Part shown: in pieces, positions 59,503 through 64,000 of the stretch
Layout of the letters: each line of letters begins with the position of its first letter
Position numbering within the stretch: the stretch's first letter is position 1
Origin: Candidatus Multivorans sp.
GTDB taxonomy: Bacteria > Acidobacteriota > Thermoanaerobaculia > Multivoradales > Multivoraceae
Assembly: GCA_965224025.1 (NCBI GenBank)
Contig: OZ245033.1
Span: forward strand, 640,001-704,000
DNA length: 64,000 nt
Direction of reading: 5' to 3'
Notes under the pieces: model-generated
Told to the model about the DNA's origin: nothing
The model's input: only the letters and a program-made list of their open reading frames with translations
Database searches by the model: none
Position numbers and translations under genes: made by a program

Positions 59503-61304
59503 AGTCCGATCGCGGGAAGCCGCCGGCTGGGGTGAGAGGCAGTTCAACCCTGCTTGTCACCTTGATCCTCCTGCTCTTGAGCGGCACCTGCCTGGCCCTG
59601 CTGATGGCGACCCAGACGCAGATGCTGATCGCTTCCGGGCAGAAGCTGCAGGCGCGTCTGCTCGCTGCCGCGGACGGCGGCCTGCAACTCGCCGTGGCGC
59701 GCGGGCTGGCCGGCGCCTCCGACCCCTACACGCGTACCCTGCGCGCCGGCGCGCCGGGCGCCGGGATCACGATCGAAGTCACGGGCGTAGTGCAGGTGGC
59801 GGACGGCACATGCCACCTTTGCATGGCGAACCTGGACGGCTCGTTGGGCTCGCTTGGCGGTCTGCGCCGGGTCAGCCACGTCGCCGGAGCGGCCGCCACG
59901 GCGCCGAGCCGCTTGGACGGTCTGCCGCCTCCCAGGCGGGAGCTGACCGCGGTGGTCGACCTGATGCCGTGGCCGGTCGGTGCGAGCGATGAATGGGACC
60001 TCGCCGGAACGGCAAGGGCGGCGCGAGGCCTGATCCGGGATGCCGCCCTGAGCGAGATTGGCGCCTACGACGAAGATGCCCCGTTGACCGTGGGCAGGGT
60101 CGCCGATCCGGACGCCGACGCGCCGCGGACGGTGGCGGTCGGAGGACTTGGCCGGGCCGGCCGGCTTCTCTACGGCTTTGAACTGTCGCCGGAGGCCGGC
60201 CCGCTGTGGCGCTTCGCCGAAAGCACGGACGCGGACGGCAACGGCGCCGCCGACCTCGGCTACACGGTGTCGAAGCCGGCGATCGTGCCGCTGCGGATCG
60301 GCGCCGGCGTCCGTGCAGTCGCGGTGTTCGGGGGAGGCTTCGACCCCGAGCGGTCGAGCGAGGTGGGCAACTGGCTGTACTTCGTGGGGATCGACAGCGG
60401 GCAGGTGCTGTACAAGCGGTCGCTTGATGCGCCGGTCACCGCCGCGCCGGCGGCGGTCGACACCAGGGGCGATGGACTGGCCGATCGGCTCTTCGTGGGG
60501 ACGACCGCGGGCAGTCTGTACCGCGTCGACGTGTCGCCCCCGGTCGAACTCGAGGGCGGCCGCGTTCCGGCCGGCGCCTGGAAACCCCGGCGGGTGTTCG
60601 ACACCGGCGGCCTGCCGATCCGCTATCCGCCCGCGACGATCCCGGTGCCGGCGCTTGGCGCCTACGCCCTTGCCCTGGGGGCCGGCGGCGCCGCCGACCC
60701 GGAGGCCGTTTCCGAGGAAGACGTGGCCGGCCGGTTCTACCTGTTCGTGGAGCGCGGCTCCGGCGGTCCCGGTTCGGCCGACCGACTTCCCCACCTCGAC
60801 CCGGAGAGTACGCCCCGGGGCGTCGATCGGTTGGCCCCGGCGCTGGCGCCGCGGGAGCAGGGGTGGTCGCTGACCCTCGGCGCCGGGGAGCGTCCGGCGT
60901 CGGCGCCGCTGGCCGCCGGTGGACTCCTCACCTTCTTCACCCTGCGCCCGACCGGGCCGGACGGCGGAGAGATCCGCAGGTACGCGCTGCGGCTTGGTTC
61001 GGGCGACGCCGCGGGCGCCGGCCCACGTTCGCAGCTTGCAAGTCGCAACGCCTCGTGGCCGTCATCCGCCCTTGGGGCGCCGACCCGGATCGAGATCGAC
61101 CATCCGGGAAGTCTGGCCGCTCCGATGCTTGGGTCTGACGAGATCGCGATTCTCGAGGGGCTCCGGGACCGGATGCCGGAGCGTTGCCGGTTCGACGGCA
61201 GCCGTATCCGGCTGACCGGGTCCGGCCCGGAAGGCTCGCCGATCCGGCTGGCGGTCCTGCCGGTATGCCGGATCGACGTGGACTGGGCCGAAGGCCGGCT
61301 CTAA
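59499..61304 (+). CDS. PilX-like minor pilin fused to a PilY1-type beta-propeller
   Basis: RG|SSTLLVTLILLLLLS (no E5), AADGGL. Then VGGLGRAG, PLWRF, DLGYTVSKP, VFGGGFD, AVDTRGDGLADRLFVG, GWSLTL..GER. Confidence 0.75.
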   Translation: MKSDRGKPPAGVRGSSTLLVTLILLLLSGTCLALLMATQTQMLIASGQKLQARLLAAADGGLQLAVARGLAGASDPYTRTLRAGAPGAGITIEVTGVVQVADGTCHLCMANLDGSLGSLGGLRRVSHVAGAAATAPSRLDGLPPPRRELTAVVDLMPWPVGASDEWDLAGTARAARGLIRDAALSEIGAYDEDAPLTVGRVADPDADAPRTVAVGGLGRAGRLLYGFELSPEAGPLWRFAESTDADGNGAADLGYTVSKPAIVPLRIGAGVRAVAVFGGGFDPERSSEVGNWLYFVGIDSGQVLYKRSLDAPVTAAPAAVDTRGDGLADRLFVGTTAGSLYRVDVSPPVELEGGRVPAGAWKPRRVFDTGGLPIRYPPATIPVPALGAYALALGAGGAADPEAVSEEDVAGRFYLFVERGSGGPGSADRLPHLDPESTPRGVDRLAPALAPREQGWSLTLGAGERPASAPLAAGGLLTFFTLRPTGPDGGEIRRYALRLGSGDAAGAGPRSQLASRNASWPSSALGAPTRIEIDHPGSLAAPMLGSDEIAILEGLRDRMPERCRFDGSRIRLTGSGPEGSPIRLAVLPVCRIDVDWAEGRL

Positions 61305-61417
61305 ATCGAAACAGTGGGTGCACCGGCCGTTGCGTGGGCCTTCCGGCCCGCGTCCGGGCGCTGCCGCGAAGCGGCGCACGCGAGCTTCCTGGGCGGAATC
61401 TTCTGCGGGCCAGACTC

Positions 61418-62764
61418 CTACTGCCGATGTCTCAGAGCCCTTTCGACCGCCGTCGCGAGCGCCTCGTCGTCGGCCGGATCCACGGTCCGCAGATCGAGGA
61501 TGAGGCGTCCCCGGCGCTGGTATCCGACCACGGGCGGCTCGCCGCTCCGAAGCCGGCCGGCGGTCTCGGCGGGGGCGTCCAGCGCGAGCACCCAACCCTC
61601 GATCGACTCATCCGGCGCGGCGCCGCCGCCCAGATAGGCGTCGCCCCGGACTGTCTGGCCGCCCAGTCTGGCCGCCATCTGTTCGACCCGTCGTTGGGGT
61701 TCCCCGGTCTCGTCCCAGAGAGCCTCGATCGGCATCCGCCGCGCCGCCAGGTGGCGCCGGAGCACTGCGTCCAGGGCGGTCAGGACCAGCCGTCCCGGTC
61801 GGAGCGCGCGGTAGAGCGGCGACTTCCGGAGTCGGTCGACGAACGCTCTCCGACCCACGATCAGGCCGGCCTGCGGTCCCCCGAGGACCTTGTCGCCGCT
61901 GCCGCAGACCAGGTCGCAGCCGGCTTCGATCAGATCCCGGAAGCTCTCGTGCCGTCGCAGCGCCGGAACCGTCTGCGACCCGATGACGCCGCTGCCCTCG
62001 TCGACCAGGAGGGGCAGGTCGTGACGGTGCGCGAAGGCGGCGAGGTCGGCCGCCGCAACCTCCTCCGCGAAGCCGCGGATGCGGAAGTTGCTGGAGAACA
62101 CCTTGAGGACCAGGGACGCGGCCGGGCGCACGGCCCGTTCGTAGTCGGCGAGCCGGGTGCGGTTCGTGGTACCGACCTCGACGAGCCGCGCGCCGCTCGT
62201 CTTCAGGATGTCGGGAATCCGGAACGAACCGCCGATCTCGACGAGTTCGCTCCGGGACAGAAGGACTTCGCGGCCGCCGGCAAGAGTGGACAGCGCCAGC
62301 ACCAGGGCGGCCGCGTTGTTGTTGACCGCCAGAGCCGCCTCGGCGCCGGTCAGGGACACGAGAAGGCTCTCGACGCGCCGACTCCGGTCCGTGCGGCGTC
62401 CGGTCGCGAGGTCCATCTCCAGGTCGCAGTACGCGTCGAGCCGAGTCTTCATGCCGTCCACGACGGGTCGAGGAAGGGGCGCCCGGCCCAGATTCGTATG
62501 AAGGAAGATGCCCGTTGCGTTCAGCACCCGGCGGAGAGGAGGCGCTTCCGCTTCAAGGGCCGCGCGGACGAGTTCGGGGATCCGGCGGATCCGATCGTTC
62601 AGGTCGTCATCGCCGATGCCGGTTCGGATTTCGCCGCGAAGCGCGTCGAGAACCCTGGCTGCTTGGACCCTCGTCGCTTGCCTTCCGTATAATCCTGTGA
62701 GTTCGGCAAGCGGGCTCTCCTGCAGCAAACGTCCCAGCGCGGGCAGTCGTCGCAGTTGACTCAC
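61418..62764 (-). CDS. selA: L-seryl-tRNA(Sec) selenium transferase
   Basis: LNATGIFLHTNLGRAPL, VNNNAAA, SRSELVEIGGSFRIPD, EVGTTNRT, SGDKVLGGPQAG. Confidence 0.95.
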   Translation of the reverse strand: MSQLRRLPALGRLLQESPLAELTGLYGRQATRVQAARVLDALRGEIRTGIGDDDLNDRIRRIPELVRAALEAEAPPLRRVLNATGIFLHTNLGRAPLPRPVVDGMKTRLDAYCDLEMDLATGRRTDRSRRVESLLVSLTGAEAALAVNNNAAALVLALSTLAGGREVLLSRSELVEIGGSFRIPDILKTSGARLVEVGTTNRTRLADYERAVRPAASLVLKVFSSNFRIRGFAEEVAAADLAAFAHRHDLPLLVDEGSGVIGSQTVPALRRHESFRDLIEAGCDLVCGSGDKVLGGPQAGLIVGRRAFVDRLRKSPLYRALRPGRLVLTALDAVLRRHLAARRMPIEALWDETGEPQRRVEQMAARLGGQTVRGDAYLGGGAAPDESIEGWVLALDAPAETAGRLRSGEPPVVGYQRRGRLILDLRTVDPADDEALATAVERALRHRQ

Positions 62765-62806
62765 GTCTCGCTGATCCTATTCCTCGCAGCCACCGCGCGG
62801 AGAGCC

Positions 62807-63982
62807 ATGAACGCCAAGCAATCACTCTTCAGAACACTCTCGAGAGCGACAGTGCTCGCCCCCTGCCTGCTTCTGCTTGGCGCGGCGGCGCCGTTCGGCG
62901 TCGATGCCGCAATCGGAGCTCAGGTCGCCGGCGCTGCGGCGCACGCCGATCCGAACCTGGAGCGGGCGATTGCCGAGCAGCGCAAGGTGGTGGCGAGGCA
63001 GAACCGCCCGGGCGACCGCGCGACGGCCCTGAACGATCTCGCCAATCTGCTGGAGCTCCGGGGCGATGTCGCGGCGGCTTTCGAGCACTACCGGGCCGCG
63101 ATCGACGCGGACGGAACCTGGGCGCCCGCGCACTACAACCTGGCCCTGCTGGCCTACACGACCGGCGACCCGGAGTTGGCGTCGAACCATCTTCAAACGG
63201 CGATCGAGCTGGCGCCGGGGAACGCCTGGGCGCACTACCTGCTCGGCCGGACCGCGGACGATTCGGGTGAAGCCGAGAAGGCGGTGCAGCACTACGTACG
63301 CGCCGTGAGCCTGGACTCGCACCTGGCCTTCGGCGACGTCAATCCCCACTTCGCGGTGAATCGGTACGCCACCGAGATTCTGCTCCGGGCGGACCGCGCG
63401 CGCTCCGAGGCTCTGCCGCCGAGAACCTACTCGGAGCCGGGCCGGATCAGCGGTCTGCTGGTGCCGTCGGCGCCGGATGCGGAGTCGGCGGCCGATAGGG
63501 AAACCGAGGAAACCGAAGTGACGGATACAACGGAGACGGCCGAGTCGGACCACCGTCGAGCCGACAGCGTGAGCCGATCCCGCCTTCCGGCGGGAACCGA
63601 GACAGCAGGGTTCGAGGCTTCGACTGCGGCGCCCGCTTCTCTCCCGGGGTCTTCGGAGGACGATGAGAGGGCGAATGTTCCGGCCGACCTGGCCCGCAGA
63701 GCGGACAACGCCGCCGAGCAGGGGTCGCGGGTCTTCACTCGGGACGACCTTCGCCACCGCACGGTTGCCGCTGGCGGTGTGGCCAGGGTGCCCGCGGGCA
63801 CTCCGCCGCCGTCGTCGAGCCCTGCATCGGGGAGGCGCGGCGCGATTCAGGTGGGGACACCGGTTGGACCGCGCGGCAGGCAGCCGGGGCCTGGTCCCGT
63901 GGGGGGGCGCTTCGAGCCGACTTCCCGCAGCAGCGCTCAGCTTGACGTGACGATTCGCCGCATCCCGGCGCCGGCGCCCTAG
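62807..63982 (+). CDS. Exported tetratricopeptide-repeat protein with a low-complexity C-terminus
   Basis: Signal peptide; ALNDLA, AHYNLA, AHYLLG TPR helices. Confidence 0.8.
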   Translation: MNAKQSLFRTLSRATVLAPCLLLLGAAAPFGVDAAIGAQVAGAAAHADPNLERAIAEQRKVVARQNRPGDRATALNDLANLLELRGDVAAAFEHYRAAIDADGTWAPAHYNLALLAYTTGDPELASNHLQTAIELAPGNAWAHYLLGRTADDSGEAEKAVQHYVRAVSLDSHLAFGDVNPHFAVNRYATEILLRADRARSEALPPRTYSEPGRISGLLVPSAPDAESAADRETEETEVTDTTETAESDHRRADSVSRSRLPAGTETAGFEASTAAPASLPGSSEDDERANVPADLARRADNAAEQGSRVFTRDDLRHRTVAAGGVARVPAGTPPPSSSPASGRRGAIQVGTPVGPRGRQPGPGPVGGRFEPTSRSSAQLDVTIRRIPAPAP

Positions 63983-64000
63983 CGACGCGAGCTTGCATGG

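Overview
High-GC bacterial chromosome segment. The Oar-type TonB-dependent receptor and the general gene content suggest Acidobacteriota, but this is inference only. It carries about 50 CDS, mostly housekeeping or metabolic genes: paired amidohydrolases, ybdK/ggt, vapBC, LigD/Ku NHEJ, infC, an SSS symporter, frmA, an aquaporin, an M1 peptidase, an MT-A70 methyltransferase, adenosine deaminase, tandem TlpA, a Glu/Leu dehydrogenase, nudC, moaA, biotin carboxylase, UbiA, an M20 pair, a type IV pilus minor-pilin cluster and selA. Mobile DNA comprises two intact IS1634-family elements with CTAG flanks, an internally deleted IS3 and at least three families of palindromic repeats. Most notable: (1) one 1315-aa ORF fuses an MFS transporter, through an internal signal-peptide-like segment (AWA|Q), to a TonB-dependent outer-membrane barrel, a candidate signal-peptidase-processed inner/outer-membrane polyprotein; (2) an operon for the alternative mevalonate pathway (phosphomevalonate decarboxylase plus isopentenyl phosphate kinase) with a class I HMGR; (3) a PilX-PilY1 fusion; (4) covarying structured repeats that enter coding sequences in frame, one of which was targeted by IS1634. 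No rRNA, tRNA or CRISPR array was seen. All annotations come from motif recognition by eye, not database searches.
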